A model generated the notes under the pieces. That model worked only from the letters and a program-made list of their open reading frames with translations. It ran no database searches and was not told the DNA's origin. A stretch of DNA of 60,503 nucleotides, the filler included, from Squatina squatina (taxonomy: Eukaryota): the NCBI GenBank assembly GCA_031763465.1. It is 3 parts of 2 records of this genome, joined end to end, with 100 filler letters (N's around TTAATTAATTAA, not from the genome) between each part and the next. Parts side by side here need not be neighbours in the genome. Positions count along the whole stretch, not along the records: positions 23,201 to 43,327 come from JARFOE010000007.1; positions 43,428 to 60,503 come from JARFOE010000007.1; 1 more part is not named here. The stretch is one strand, 5' to 3'. Of this stretch, positions 35,894 to 48,622 are shown one piece after another; the stretch's first letter is position 1; each line of letters begins with the position of its first letter. A program made the translations under genes and the position numbers.

Positions 35894-36970
35894 CTATGTG
35901 GAGGGAAATGGATATGAGTGAGCAAACTTACTGTAGACGTGTACAGACAGGCCTTGACTTACTTGCTTACTGGCAACTGGAGTTTTAGCAGCAGCTCATG
36001 GTGAGTGTTCCACTTAATTATATCTGTCAGAAAGATAAATAGTCAAGAGAGGGGATGTATCTTCCATTCATACACTGACAGCCCGACATGCTAGAACAGC
36101 CCCTAGCCACTACAGGTGTCATCCCTTCAACACTTTCATCTGANNNNNNNNNNNNNNNNNNNNNNNNNNNNNNNNNNNNNNNNNNNNNNNNNNNNNNNNN
36201 NNNNNNNNNNNNNNNNNNNNNNNNNNNNNNNNNNNNNNNNNNNAGGTTCAGTCCTCTTTCCGCTGTTTCCTGGGCCAGTGTGGGGAAGTTGGTGGCAGTC
36301 ACAGGAAGGGGCGGTATTGTCCCCTGGAGTGAGATGGCCAACCCTCCTCGCACACTGCCCCCCAACATCTACTTGCTGGGGTCTCAGCCTCCAGCGGGGA
36401 ATCCAGTTGGTACTTTGGGGCATTTCTAACCCTTGAGTGGCGCTCCCAGCCTTGGAGCCTCACTGTTGGAGCACATAATCTGGGCACTAGAGGGCAGTGT
36501 CCTCTGCTGCAAATGAATGGATTGAAAATCCTGTGGGTTCTGTGGAGCTCCACACCCAAAGCCTGAAATATGCTCCCGCTGTGAGACGCTCCAAGTCAGT
36601 AATAGGAGCTCATACAATTCCCCCAATTCTCTGCCTGCAAACACAAGCTTCAACCAACGCACAAAAACACTCCATTTCTTCCTGTGATAGACACAGAATC
36701 TTATTCAGAAAATCAGGAAGGAGTCCGAGAATGTTTTATTAACTTGAGGCCTTAAGCTCAGCTCAAAGGTGTTCTCTGTAATTTGTTGGAAGCTTTTTCT
36801 TTATTTTAGAAGTTGGGTAAAAATAGCTCAGTAACAACCAATCAGGGATATTAAAGGTGATAACATCAATCAGGTCAGGTATGGGTGGAGTGTCAGAACA
36901 CTTCGAGAATGATGCTGCTGATATAAAACATTTCCACACATTTCGTAGCTCCTATAATTATACACTGAAG

Positions 36971-37417
36971 GTGTCAGCCGTGCCTCAGTGCATAGCACCC
37001 TCACCTCTGAGTCAGAAGGTTGTGGGTTCAAGACGCACTACGGAGACTTGAGCACAAACTCGAGGCTGACACGCCAGGGTAGTGCTGAGGGAGTGCTGCA
37101 CTGTCAGAGGTGACGTCTTTCGGATGAGACATCAAACCGAAGCCCCGTCTGCTCTCTCAGGTGGACATGGCGCTGTTTGAAGAAGAGCAGGGGAGTTCTC
37201 CTGGTGTCCTGGCCAATATTTATCCCTCAATCAAAACCACTAAAACAGATTATCGCATTGCTGTTTGTGGGAGCTTGCTGTGCACAAATTGGCTGCTGCC
37301 TTTTCCACATTCCATCAGTGGCGATACTTCAAAAGTACTTAATTGGTTGCAAAGCACTTTGGGACATCCTGAGGTCATGAAAGGCGCTATAGAAATGCAA
37401 GATCTTTCTTTCCTTTC
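36971..37417 (+). mobile_element. Near full-length tRNA-derived SINE, SacSINE1/DeuSINE-like
   Basis: tRNA-like head with B box GGTTCAAGAC, a central gctgagggagtgctgcactgtcagaggt domain, and an L2-like tail gaaaggcgctatagaaatgcaag followed by ctttcttt. Other copies at 45195-45365 and 58790-58985 (minus). Confidence 0.88.
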
Positions 37418-39049
37418 TGGTTGTCTTGCTGCAGATATTGCACTGTGTGACTGATCACCCAGCCTGACTGTAAATGATACTGACCTCCTGGATTAAGGCT
37501 CCCATGTAAAGTGCTGTGAGGGGTGTCTGCTCGGCAGGTTTAATCACCACTGTGTTCCCACAGCACAGAGCAGGTGCCACTTTCCAAATGAACATCAACA
37601 GCGGGAAATTCCACTAGGGGAAGAAAAGAAACAATTTGCTGATCAGGTTAAATGTAGAAATGCAGAAGCTGTTTGAGGTTTGAAGCCAGTGAGTGGGACA
37701 GACTGAGGGAAAGAGAAAAGCAGTGTGAGTATAGGAGTGAGGAGGAGGCACGGTGATAGTCAGGAGCAGAGTGTTAACGAGCAGGTCAGGAAATGGAGGA
37801 TAACCCAGAATCTTTCTCATGGTTTGGCCACATGTCCCCTGAATACTCTGAGCCGTTTGTCTCAGTAATCCTCCTATTATTTTGCTGAAACCTTTGTCAG
37901 AGTACAGCTTTATATTGGAAGCTGGAGTGAGGCCAGCACCCTCTGTGAGATCGGGAGCAACGTGACAGTGTGACATACCTCAGATCTAATAACCTCAGCT
38001 GCACAGATGGCAAAACAAAGACGCCTTTTCAGTTATGTTAAGTTACGATTCATCTATGTATATCTGAAATAAAATGATGTTTAACTGTGCACTTCTATTG
38101 NNNNNNNNNNNNNNNNNNNNNNNNNNNNNNNNNNNNNNNNNNNNNNNNNNNNNNNNNNNNNNNNNNNNNNNNNNNNNNNNNNNNNNNNNNNNNNNNNNNN
38201 TTTGAGGATGTTCGCCCAGCAACAATGGCTCTCAAAGGTAGCGGCACTGGGCCGATGAATGTTTCCATGCCCCCTGTTAGTGGGTGGCCCCAGCTGTGAT
38301 ATGTAAATGTTGTGGGCACCTGACTGTGCTAATGTCCTTGAATGCAGGAATTGCCAGGGCCATTGTCCTTATTGAACAGTGAGAACCTACTTGACTTCTG
38401 AGCAGTCACGAAAGGCATTCTGAAGGGCAGCAGGTTCCACTCACATGGAAGCCCTTGATTTGGAAAGGCTCTTCACTGTATTAGCAGGTTGTCTCGACTG
38501 ATGTGGTTTACGAAGGTTGATGACAAACCCAATGTTTGCAATCATCAAAGTTAGGTGTGTGTTTTATTCATGTTGGCATGAAAAGAACTTGAAGTTTTCA
38601 GATCCGATGAACCAAACCATGTGCTCCTGGCCAGGTGTGTTTGAACTTGACTCTACGCTATTTATTTGCTATTGAATTACTCGATGCTACTTTTCTCTTT
38701 TAAAAAGTATTTGTAATGGAGTTGTATCGTTTTTCTCTTTTTCAGTAATAGAACCATCGCTAACACAAAAGGGTTTATCCAATCCTCAGATGCTCCGTTG
38801 TCTATCAGTCCTTTAATTTATGAAGGGCTTTGTTTCATGAAAACGTATCTCAGCAACAATCTGCCTTTATCTGGTGAAAATTAATTTAACTTGACATCTT
38901 GTGCTGTGATGTGGGATAATTGTGTTATTCTATTAACCCTAATAGTTTCTTCTGTGCTTGATGCTGTCTGATTACAGAACTCATAAAAGAGTGAGATCTG
39001 TACCTTTTCAAGTGGATTACAACCAGATGGTACCTCATTAAAAACTGGG

Positions 39050-39746
39050 TACAGAAACCGAGTGCTTATGGTTCCTGATCAGCAAATCCGAGGTCACGAG
39101 TTCAAATTCCACCCTGGTAGTTATGAAACTGAATTAAATAAATCTGATAATTTGTGAGATGGTACCAGAAAAATAAAGATAATTGTAGTAAAAGCCTGAC
39201 TTCTTCACTTATGTCCTTCGGGCGCAGAATGTCTGACCTCGGAAACCAACCCGCTCCCAACCGGGGCAATAGCCAATTTCGGCTCCAAAGTCTTGTCTCC
39301 AATGTTGGGGACGTTCCCCATCATGTAGTTTGGAACTATCACCGTGCTAAGTGGGACAGACTAACCACAGTTTAAGAACAGATCTAGCAGCCCCAAACTG
39401 GGCATCCATGCTGTGAATCATCATCAGCAACAGAATTGTATACAACAAGAATTTGTAATCTCCTAACCTGGCATATCTCTCGCTCCTCCATCACCATCAA
39501 GCAAGGAGACCAACCCTAGTTCAATGCAAAATGTAGAAGAGAATGCCAGGAGCAGCAGCAGGCTTAGAATAAAATATGAACCGAGTGAAGCTGCTACACT
39601 GAGCTACCCACATGCTAAACGCCAAAAGCAGTTGGCAGTAGACAGAGATAAGCAGTCCCACAGCCAATAGATCAGAGGAAAGCTCGGTAGCCCTATCACA
39701 TCCAGTCAAGGATGGTTGTGGATAACCTGGCAGCTAACAGGAGGAG
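39050..39746 (+). mobile_element. SINE-like head followed by a degenerate LINE ORF2 fragment
   Basis: B-box-like GAGTTCAAATTCC, then HHVVWNYHRAKWDR...TDLAAPNWASM...TIKQGDQP with stops and frameshifts. Confidence 0.6.
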
Positions 39747-41059
39747 NNNNNNNNNNNNNNNNNNNNNNNNNNNNNNNNNNNNNNNNNNNNNNNNNNNNNN
39801 NNNNNNNNNNNNNNNNNNNNNNNNNNNNNNNNNNNNNNNNNNNNNNTGAGGTAGAAGATCAGCCATGATCTTACTGAATGGCGGAGCAGGCTCGAGGGGC
39901 CGAATGGCCTACTCCTGCTCCTATTTCTTATGTTCTTATGTAATCAAGCACAGGAGCAGAAATAGGACATCGGAGAATCATTTATACAATGGCAGTGCAC
40001 AGTCAGTCAAATATGATCAATTCATTTTATTTTAAAATGATTGAAGTTTGAAAGTTCAAGATTTTAATTTTGCCAAATAATTTTAGTTTAACAGGTTTTT
40101 TCTGAAATCTGGGTTACTTGATTTACAGTCCATGGACAGGGGGGATGTCCTGACACTTCGTGTTCACAGTCCCATCATTAACACAGCAAGTTAAGTCCTT
40201 ACAATCCTCTCAAACCAAAATAAAGAGTTACGAGTTTTGTTCTAATCTGTCTGACAGTGCTGTGCATCGGAAATAATGATTTTGAATTTGTTTCAGAGCA
40301 CAATATTTATATTGTAACATAGTAACTTTGAAGTGGTTCACACATGGGCCCAGGGATTATTGTTTCTGACGAGTGACTGCCCATCAGGATGGTGGAGGTG
40401 TGATGAGTTGTGATGTTCTTGCACCTGGCTCTGTGACATCAAGCTGCAGACTGTTGAAGTTAACACATGTAAACAAATGCTTTTGTTCGCCAAAAGAAAG
40501 GCTGTCCCAGAGTGAGCATTGCTGGCCCAAGGCTCCAGAACACTGTCACCATTGGTCACCCTCCATCGCTTCTTCTCGCTCTTCTTGTCAAAGTTTAATT
40601 ACCAAAACGAACGTTCACAGGCTCATTTCGCACTTCAGCGCATCTCCGACACTTGAGAAAAGAGAGAGAAAGTGAATGAGACAGCACAGGGGACTAGAAA
40701 ACCAGGCAGGGACAAGTAGAGAGAGAAAGGAGGGGGAATGGGCAGCGGAGACTAAGAGAAGGGGAGGAATGGACTGAGGGCACAGGGAGAGAAGAGGAGA
40801 GAGAAATAGAGGCAAGGAAATGGATGAGAAGAGTCAGACAGAAGGAGTTAGGGAGGAGCGAGAAATAGGGGAAAGTGAATGGACCGAGAGGAGTGAGAGA
40901 AGAAGGGCCGGGGAGAATGAGAGGAAGCAAAAGAGCAGAGAGAGAATGGAACTGGAACCAGCCGTGAGCCCACACACCTCATTCTTAAAGGATTAAAAAG
41001 ACATTCATGATGAACAAAACCCTGCCATGGTGTTTAAAGGGTTACTGACTGGGGGATGG

Positions 41060-41262
41060 TGCTCTGATGTGGAGTTGGGTCCAGNNNNNNNNNNAGGACC
41101 TGGTATGTCGGAGAGGGGCCTTTTTGGCGTGTGTGTCAGGGTTGTGTTCAGCGCAAATAAAGTAGTTCTTACAATAGTGATCAACATGGTCTTTGCACCC
41201 AGGCCACCTGGCTCTCGCCTGGAGCCGGGCCAGTGTGGTTGCTGCCCTGGTGTGACCGGCAG
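41060..41262 (-). mobile_element. LTR-retroelement/endogenous retrovirus integrase N-terminal (zinc-binding) remnant
   Basis: AGHTRAATTLARLQARARWPGCKDHVDHYCKNYFICAEHNPDTHAKKAPLRHTR..WTQLHI fits the GHxG...T..RL....WWP.....V..Y...CxxC...NP...PL......PW..LxID pattern, with decay. Confidence 0.72.
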
Positions 41263-42773
41263 TTACAGAAACAGGGCCCAGGCAAATCTGTCGATTTGGC
41301 ACATCCCATTCCCCAGACAAAGGGGACGCCATCCTCAACAAATATATATTCCTTTCAGGCACAAAAACCCAACAAGAAAAGTGGTCCAACCGTAGCTAAC
41401 AAAAGAAATTAAAGGTNNNNNNNNNNNNNNNNNNNNNNNNNNNNNNNNNNNNNNNNNNNNNNNNNNNNNNNNNNNNNNNNNNNNNNNNNNNNNNNNNNNN
41501 NNNNNNNNNNNNNNNNCTCAATCACATTTACTTGCCTTTGCTCCATATCCCTTGATACCCTTACCCAAGTTGTTTTCAGCGATCACATTCTTGAAAATTT
41601 CAAGTGGAAGGCGTGAATTTTTTGTAAAAGTGCAGCAGTGACAGAAATCACTGAAATGAAAGCCGACAACATAACATTTCTCGCTGACTTCTGACAGGTG
41701 AACTTCCCAACTGCCAGTTGATGTATTTTTATCGTCAGATACAAACCTTTGAATCTTAACTCACTTCCTCGGTTCCAACCCTTGCACATCACCTTGCACA
41801 TATTCCTGATCTTTCCAACTTCCTTATCTGAGTCTCACCTTTCCTCACCTTATTCCAGGTGTAAATGTTAAATGCAGAATGTAGGCCTCTGTGCTGTTTT
41901 GCACTTTTGGTTCTGGGTTCCAGTCCCTCTTGCTTGGTGCCTTAAAGGATGTGATTGTGTACTGCCCGGCTAAGCACCGTGAAATGCCCATTTATTTGAA
42001 AGATCCCAATCAGTCAGAGAGGGATTTACGTTAATAAGACTGGGATCAGAAAGTTTAACCTGAACCATTGCAGCAACATTCCTGGTACTGGGTGGAATTA
42101 ACCCCTGTCAAATAGCGAGGAACGCAATCAATCAAGCAGGAGAAAGGATATTTAACTTAAGCTCCAATCTTACGAGCCCTGCACCTGAACAATATTAGTC
42201 TCTGAAGAATGTAATTTAATTAGAGTATGGACCATTTAGCACAATTAAATCCATGAATTTACAATTTATTAACTTTCTAAGTGAGTTCATTGATGAAACC
42301 TTTACTAAATATCCACAGAGCCATTCTGAATTTTACTTCTGAAGGTTTTTAATTTACAAATAGCAGCAGTGCAACTAAACCCATCCCTATTGTGCTGAAA
42401 GATCNNNNNNNNNNNNNNNNNNNNNNNNNNNNNNNNNNNNNNNNNNNNNNNNNNNNNNNNNNNNNNNNNNNNNNNNNNNNNNNNNNNNNNNNNNNNNNNN
42501 NNNNTTGTTGATGCATATATTAAAAACTATCTCCTGTTAAAGCTCATCAATAATTCTGACTTTATATCCTTTGGATTGTTTGATAATTTCTCCCCAATGA
42601 GTTTGGGTATGTTTTGCATAAAGATTCATGTTGAAATGTAGGAAATCACTCCTGCAGAAATAAACCAATTAATAAAAGAAAGTACTTTCTCAATCTACCT
42701 TGGGCAGCAGCTCACCAATGTTTGTGTGTAAAATGGAGCCTGTACAGACATCCCAAGCCACGAACAAAGTATC

Positions 42774-43327
42774 GGAACACAAACAATATAACATGAGTAA
42801 CACTTAGGAAATATTTTATTGAATTGTGGCATTTAAATAACTCTAAAAATGTATTAATCTGTTTACATTTAGAACACAAAACATTTACAAAAATCAGTGG
42901 TCCATTTCTTCAAACATTAAATAGTTCAGTTGATACATTACCAGTTATAAAACTGTACAAAAAAAAAATTCATCCAATGAATTCTTGAAGATCTTAGTTT
43001 TTCTTTGGTATTTCAAGTTAAGATGAAAAATGTACAAAAAAAAACACACTTTAAAAAAAAATCTATGACCCCTATGCATCATAGCTTACTAGCTTTTTTA
43101 AAAAAATGTATCTGTTTATATACTTCTGTATTTACTGAAGGATTGGATCCCAACCCATCAAGTCTAGAAATGATGCAAGATAAAGTTTGGTCTTCAAAGC
43201 TGTTTACCTCCAGTGGGCTTGCTTTCTTCACTCAAAAGGCCACTTACTAAATTTCCTTTTGATTGGTTCAGGAAGAACTAAATAGTTCTACACTTTCAAG
43301 ACATGAAATTAGTGCCCCAATACACCT
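42774..43327 (-). other. Probable distal 3' UTR and polyadenylation site of an unidentified minus-strand gene
   Basis: AATAAA on minus at 42815-42820, GU-rich element downstream, U-rich tracts and TGTA motifs upstream. Confidence 0.5.
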
Positions 43328-43427
43328 NNNNNNNNNNNNNNNNNNNNNNNNNNNNNNNNNNNNNNNNNNNNTTAATTAATTAANNNNNNNNNNNNNNNNN
43401 NNNNNNNNNNNNNNNNNNNNNNNNNNN
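43328..43427. other. Artificial scaffold linker N44-TTAATTAATTAA-N44
   Basis: Same structure as 23101-23200. Confidence 0.97.
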
Positions 43428-43780
43428 GTCAAAAGGGTAGGGTTTAAGGAGCGTCTTGGAAGAGGAAAGAGAGGTGTAGAGGTTTAGGGAGGGAATTCCA
43501 GAGCTTCTGGTCTTGGCAGTTAAAGGCACGGCAACCAATGATGGAGCGATTAAAATTAAGATTGTTCAAGAAACCAGAATTAGAGGAGTGCTGGGATCTC
43601 GGGGGAGTTGTAGGACTGGAGGAGATTAGAGATCGGGAGGGGCAAGGCCGTGGATGGATTTTAAAACCAGGATGAGAATTTTAAAATCAAGGCATTGCTT
43701 AACTGGGAGTCAATGTAGATCAGTGAGCACAGGGGTGATGGGTGAGTGGGACTTAATGCAAGTTAGGAAATGGGCAACTC
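43428..43780 (-). mobile_element. LINE2 3' fragment
   Basis: gaggtttagggagggaattccagagc is the reverse complement of the L2 tails near 4600 and 26010. Confidence 0.8.
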
Positions 43781-46700
43781 CCGATCTCTTGGGGCTGTTA
43801 GAATGACATCCATCAGTGCAACATTACAATCTGTTGTTCAGATCCGATGTCCTTTTATTAACATTGTGGTTTGGGAAGTATTTTTATTTTCGTAAGACTT
43901 AACTGTGGTTATTCACACCACTTGTATTAAATTAGGAAGAGTCGTAATCATCTGAACTAAACTAATGGCTCTGTAAGGAGTTTGCACATTGAGCTAAATG
44001 ATCTTGTCGTGTTCCATACTTTTGTTAATCGCTAATACTGGTAATCCTACCGTCAGGAATTTGCCAAGACACTTGGGGCCATCCACAATTTTTGTTGTTT
44101 GAGTATGTTTCATATTTCTTGCTTACCTCTGAAAATTTAACAGAAAAAATCCTCAAGAGGAGAGGTTATGCATGGCTCTTGCCGATCGTACTATAGAGCT
44201 TTAATTGCCAAGAAATAGAACCTGCCATTGGAAATGTCATGCTGGTCCCAATATTCTTTAAGGTTTGATTTGCTGTATAACATTTGCTCAGCTGTGCTGC
44301 TCCACTGTATTAATTAGTGGCAGTTTTTCCTGTTCAGTTAATTGTTGTACTTGAGTGTCGATTTCTGCATACACACAGTAACAGAACTTAAATTTATTTG
44401 GAGTGTGCAACTTTTAAAATTGGAAAAGGAGGAAGGGACTGCACTTAAGATCCCAGCCGCCTCTCCTCTTTGGTTCCAAAAACCCTCCGATTATATGGAG
44501 TACTGTTTTGCAGTTGAATTCACCAACAATTTATCCGCCTCACACTGGCTTAAATATGTGCCGAGATGGCCATGTTTAGGAAAAAAGTGGCTTTGGTTAA
44601 AGATGCAAACATATGAATTGTTTAATACAGCTGAATCAAGTCTGACATTTCAGTAAATTAACTGAACAGCTAAGCATAAGTGAGTTTTAAAGTTTGTGTT
44701 TTTGGCCTGTGATGGACAGACTGTGTTGGTATTTCCACTTTCTATAAAGAAACACTCTGGACTTCAACAGAATCCACTTTCTCAGCAGTTGAATTATGTG
44801 GAATGACTGTGCTGTAGAAACCCTTATACTTTTCATAGATGAATACATTCCTATTTAGACGTTAAGTAAAGTTTCCTCTATACTGCCCCAGCCTTGAGTG
44901 CCCCACACATTTCACACCTCTGACTGTAAACGCTCTCCATTGTTTCAAATAAGCACAAACAAGACCTGTCTAGTGCTGATGGTGATTCCTTATTGACTGT
45001 GCACAATTAGTGTAGTTAAAATTCTAAAATTTAAACTACCATATAACTTTTTAAAGTTCCTGAATGATGCCTGCTGTTTTTTTGAATTTGTGAGGGATTT
45101 AATTATGTTTTCACTCACTTATTGGAGGAGTTTACTTTATTTGTAAATGAGGCACAATATTGATTTTAAACCATCATGTTTTTAACCAGATATCAGCTTG
45201 ACAGTTTGTAGAATTCTCAGCTGAGTCAGGATATTTGTGGTCCCACACCACGACTTCAGTGCACAATCTAGGATGGCAATCCAGATCTAAGGGAGTGCTG
45301 CATTGTTGCAGGTGCTATCTGGATGAGATGTTAAACTGAGGTACTGTCCAGGTAGATGTTAAAAACTATAATCTGTGGACTGTTGGATTGGTGCTTTGGA
45401 AGGATATCAAATTCTTCAGCAAACATCAGATGAAGCCGAAGTAGCAATGCTCCCAGTTACAGCGCTGCAATGTGCAATTTGCAAAATGTAATGCGTGGTT
45501 CAGAAGATTAGGTACATTTTCCAATTCATCCTCTTTTAAAATGATCGTTTCCTCCTTCAAATACTGCAGTGTTAACCAAACAAGTGTGTGGTGTCTGGAG
45601 GCAACTGAATGTGTTCCTTACTGCCAGGCTGAATAATGTACAGTTTCATTTGTACAGTGGTGCATTCACATGGTGCTGTGTGCTTATCACATTTGAAGAT
45701 AAATGACTGCATTGACCATGGACTGGGTCTCATTTATTTTTCTTTTCACTGCTCTGAGTACTTACCTTGAGCTGTCTTGTAGATAAATGGCAGCGGAGCC
45801 TTGTAATTTGAAAGTTGAAACCTTTTACAACAAAGTACTGTGTTGAAAGCCAAGGTTCAGCAACTGGATGAAAGACTCGAGCAGGGCTGTTTAGTGCATC
45901 AAACCCACTCCTTCCCCTGGACGTTGTAAAATTTGCAATAGCATGAATTCTTTAAATTTTCTGAACCCTGAAGGTAATTGGGTAAAAAGTCCAGTTATTT
46001 TTTTTTGGAAGTCCAAAAATCAATTAAAACAAAAAGAAATCTACTTGTATTGATCTTGGCAAAATTCGAGAGAGCCAGTCAGAAAAGTTTAACCAATATG
46101 GTTACATTGCACCCACATTTGGAGTAGTGTAACCGTTCTATTTTTAAGACTTAATAGAGACTAGCTGATCATGATGAGTTGCCGCATACCTGGTTTTATA
46201 ACGGTGTTATGCCTTGTAACACCCAAAGCAGTACGAAGGTCACTGATTTTATAGTGAATGAATAAATCAAGATGTGTTTTTTATTGCATGGTATTTCACT
46301 GGTGTTTTGGGATTAAATTCAGTGATCGCTAACTACATCAGTGGCTTTGATATTGTATGTTCTTTTANNNNNNNNNNNNNNNNNNNNNNNNNNNNNNNNN
46401 NNNNNNNNNNNNNNNNNNNNNNNNNNNNNNNNNNNNNNNNNNNNNNNNNNNNNNNNNNNNNNNNNNNCTCAAATCTCTGAATTTCTCCTCTCTCTTTCCC
46501 CCCGCCCCCCCCCCCACCACGTAAAGTCAAATGACACTTTCTTAAAGCTTGTTATAAGCTCTGTGGGGATAAGTGACGACTTCTGAATTTGGGAATTGTC
46601 CTCAATCTTTGAAGTCTACTCCTAACTGATGGATTGGCTTGGTAGCACTCTTGGATCTAGTTAAGTTTGATGTCTGAGTATTCAAGCTGTAGGTTAGGGC

Positions 46701-47412
46701 TATATAACTAATTGTAGTGACCCCATCATAGTGATAATGCATGTGGTGTAGGTGTTAATGCACCGACATGTATTATTTGCTGGGTGTGGTGCTGCGTAGG
46801 GAACAATGTCACCCATTCTAATAATTTTAAGTCTGACCCAATTTCAAGTTTTCTTTTGCCTACGTAATGCCACGCAAAACCCTCAAATTTCTAAGCTGAC
46901 TTGGTTGTTTTTCCTGGTAATAATGTAGGAAGTAGATGAGCAATAAATAGTGCAACACTTTTCAATGCTTTTCAAAAAGCCTGGGCCAGATGAGGGGCAT
47001 AAGTAAGTGCGAGAGATTGGATTTCTCACCTAACACGATGGCAGGGGAAATTAGACATTAATTTGCCAAACCCATACGTGACATTGCAGCTTGAAGGGCT
47101 GTAAAAGGAGAAAATTACAATAACCTAAAAATGGGTCCCAAAAAACTCTTGTTTGACTGTTGAAGTATGCTATATCTAATTGAAACCAACAATTGAGGAA
47201 AAATTGCACTTTTTTCATCTTAATTGGGTTTTTTTAATTTAATATCAACTTGCTTTTACTTTTTAAGTGTACAAAGTGTGTTACAGGCTTCAAGTAGGTA
47301 TGTTGTAGCTGTAATGTTCAGGTCCTTTGACTTTCCTATTTCAAAAAGCATTTTGTAAATCATTTTTCATTGCCTTTGGGTTATTTTAAACATTTTTTCC
47401 TTTTTTCTTTAG

Positions 47413-47575
47413 GTGTTCCTTTGTCCACTCAGTGGGGACCTCAGGGTTATTTCTACCCTATTCAGATAGCACAATATGGGCTAAGTCACTACAGTAAAAA
47501 CCTCACTGAAAAACCACCACATGCCGAAGTATATGAAATCGCAGAGAAGAGAGACAAAGGCACAAGGCAAAATGA
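47413..47575 (+). CDS. GLCE: D-glucuronyl C5-epimerase, penultimate coding exon (3' part in gap)
   Basis: ttttttctttag|[37 protein letters not shown]..., essentially identical to recalled human GLCE. Confidence 0.97.
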
Positions 47576-48622
47576 NNNNNNNNNNNNNNNNNNNNNNNNN
47601 NNNNNNNNNNNNNNNNNNNNNNNNNNNNNNNNNNNNNNNNNNNNNNNNNNNNNNNNNNNNNNNNNNNNNNNNNNNNNNNNNNNNNNNNNNNNNNNNNNNN
47701 NNNNNNNNNNNNNNNNNNNNNNNNNNNNNNNNNNNNNNNNNNNNNNNNNNNNNNNNNNNNNNNNNNNNNNNNNNNNNNNNNNNNNNNNNNNNNNNNNNNN
47801 NNNNNNNNNNNNNNNNNNNNNNNNNNNNNNNNNNNNNNNNNNNNNNNNNNNNNNNNNNNNNNNNNNNNNNNNNNNNNNNNNNNNNNNNNNNNNNNNNNNN
47901 NNNNNNNNNNNNNNNNNNNNNNNNNNNNNNNNNNNNNNNNNNNNNNNNNNNNNNCCACTGTTGCTCAGAACTGAAGGACACAGCCTGCTCAAATGCCCTT
48001 CCTCACACAGACTGACCACAGCAGTAATTTACTCAGTGCAAACATTGCCTTTAAGGGCTGAGGTGTGCAAATGATTGATCCTGATCAGCTAATTCAATGA
48101 ATTGGTCCCATTGAACCTATCTTGCCCACTTAGCACCTCCCCTGCACCCAGTTACGATAATTTTAAGCCCCATTTACACCCCGCCTGACAAAGTATTGGA
48201 GCCCAATACCACAGTTTAAGACAGCGGCGCAGAAAACACGCCCATTCGGCAACTTAAGTTGCCACCGTGGCGCAATCCAATTGGGCCCCCCAGGCATCTG
48301 CAAAATCCTTCATCTAACTCTACAGAATGCCCTGTAAACTGAGCACTGAGATTAAAGTTAACCCTTCCAACTCATTCCAACCTCTGTGCTGTAATGTGCA
48401 ATGATTGGACTATGTATATTAAATGTGGCATAGGTATGGCATCTGCTGTGATAGTTTTCTGAAGATTAGGAGTGATTGTTAAGTGCGGAACTGGTGGTAT
48501 AATGTTTCACAAATCAAATTTTACTTTCCAATGAAAAGCCATCTGCTGCACTTTCGTCACACCAAGTATTGTACAAAAGTTTCAGCCTGATACTGAATCA
48601 ATTTTTTGTTTTTTCTTTTCAG

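Noticed and set aside
36975-37050. tRNA gene
   Set aside because: The A/B-box-like head continues directly into a SINE body, with no complete cloverleaf.
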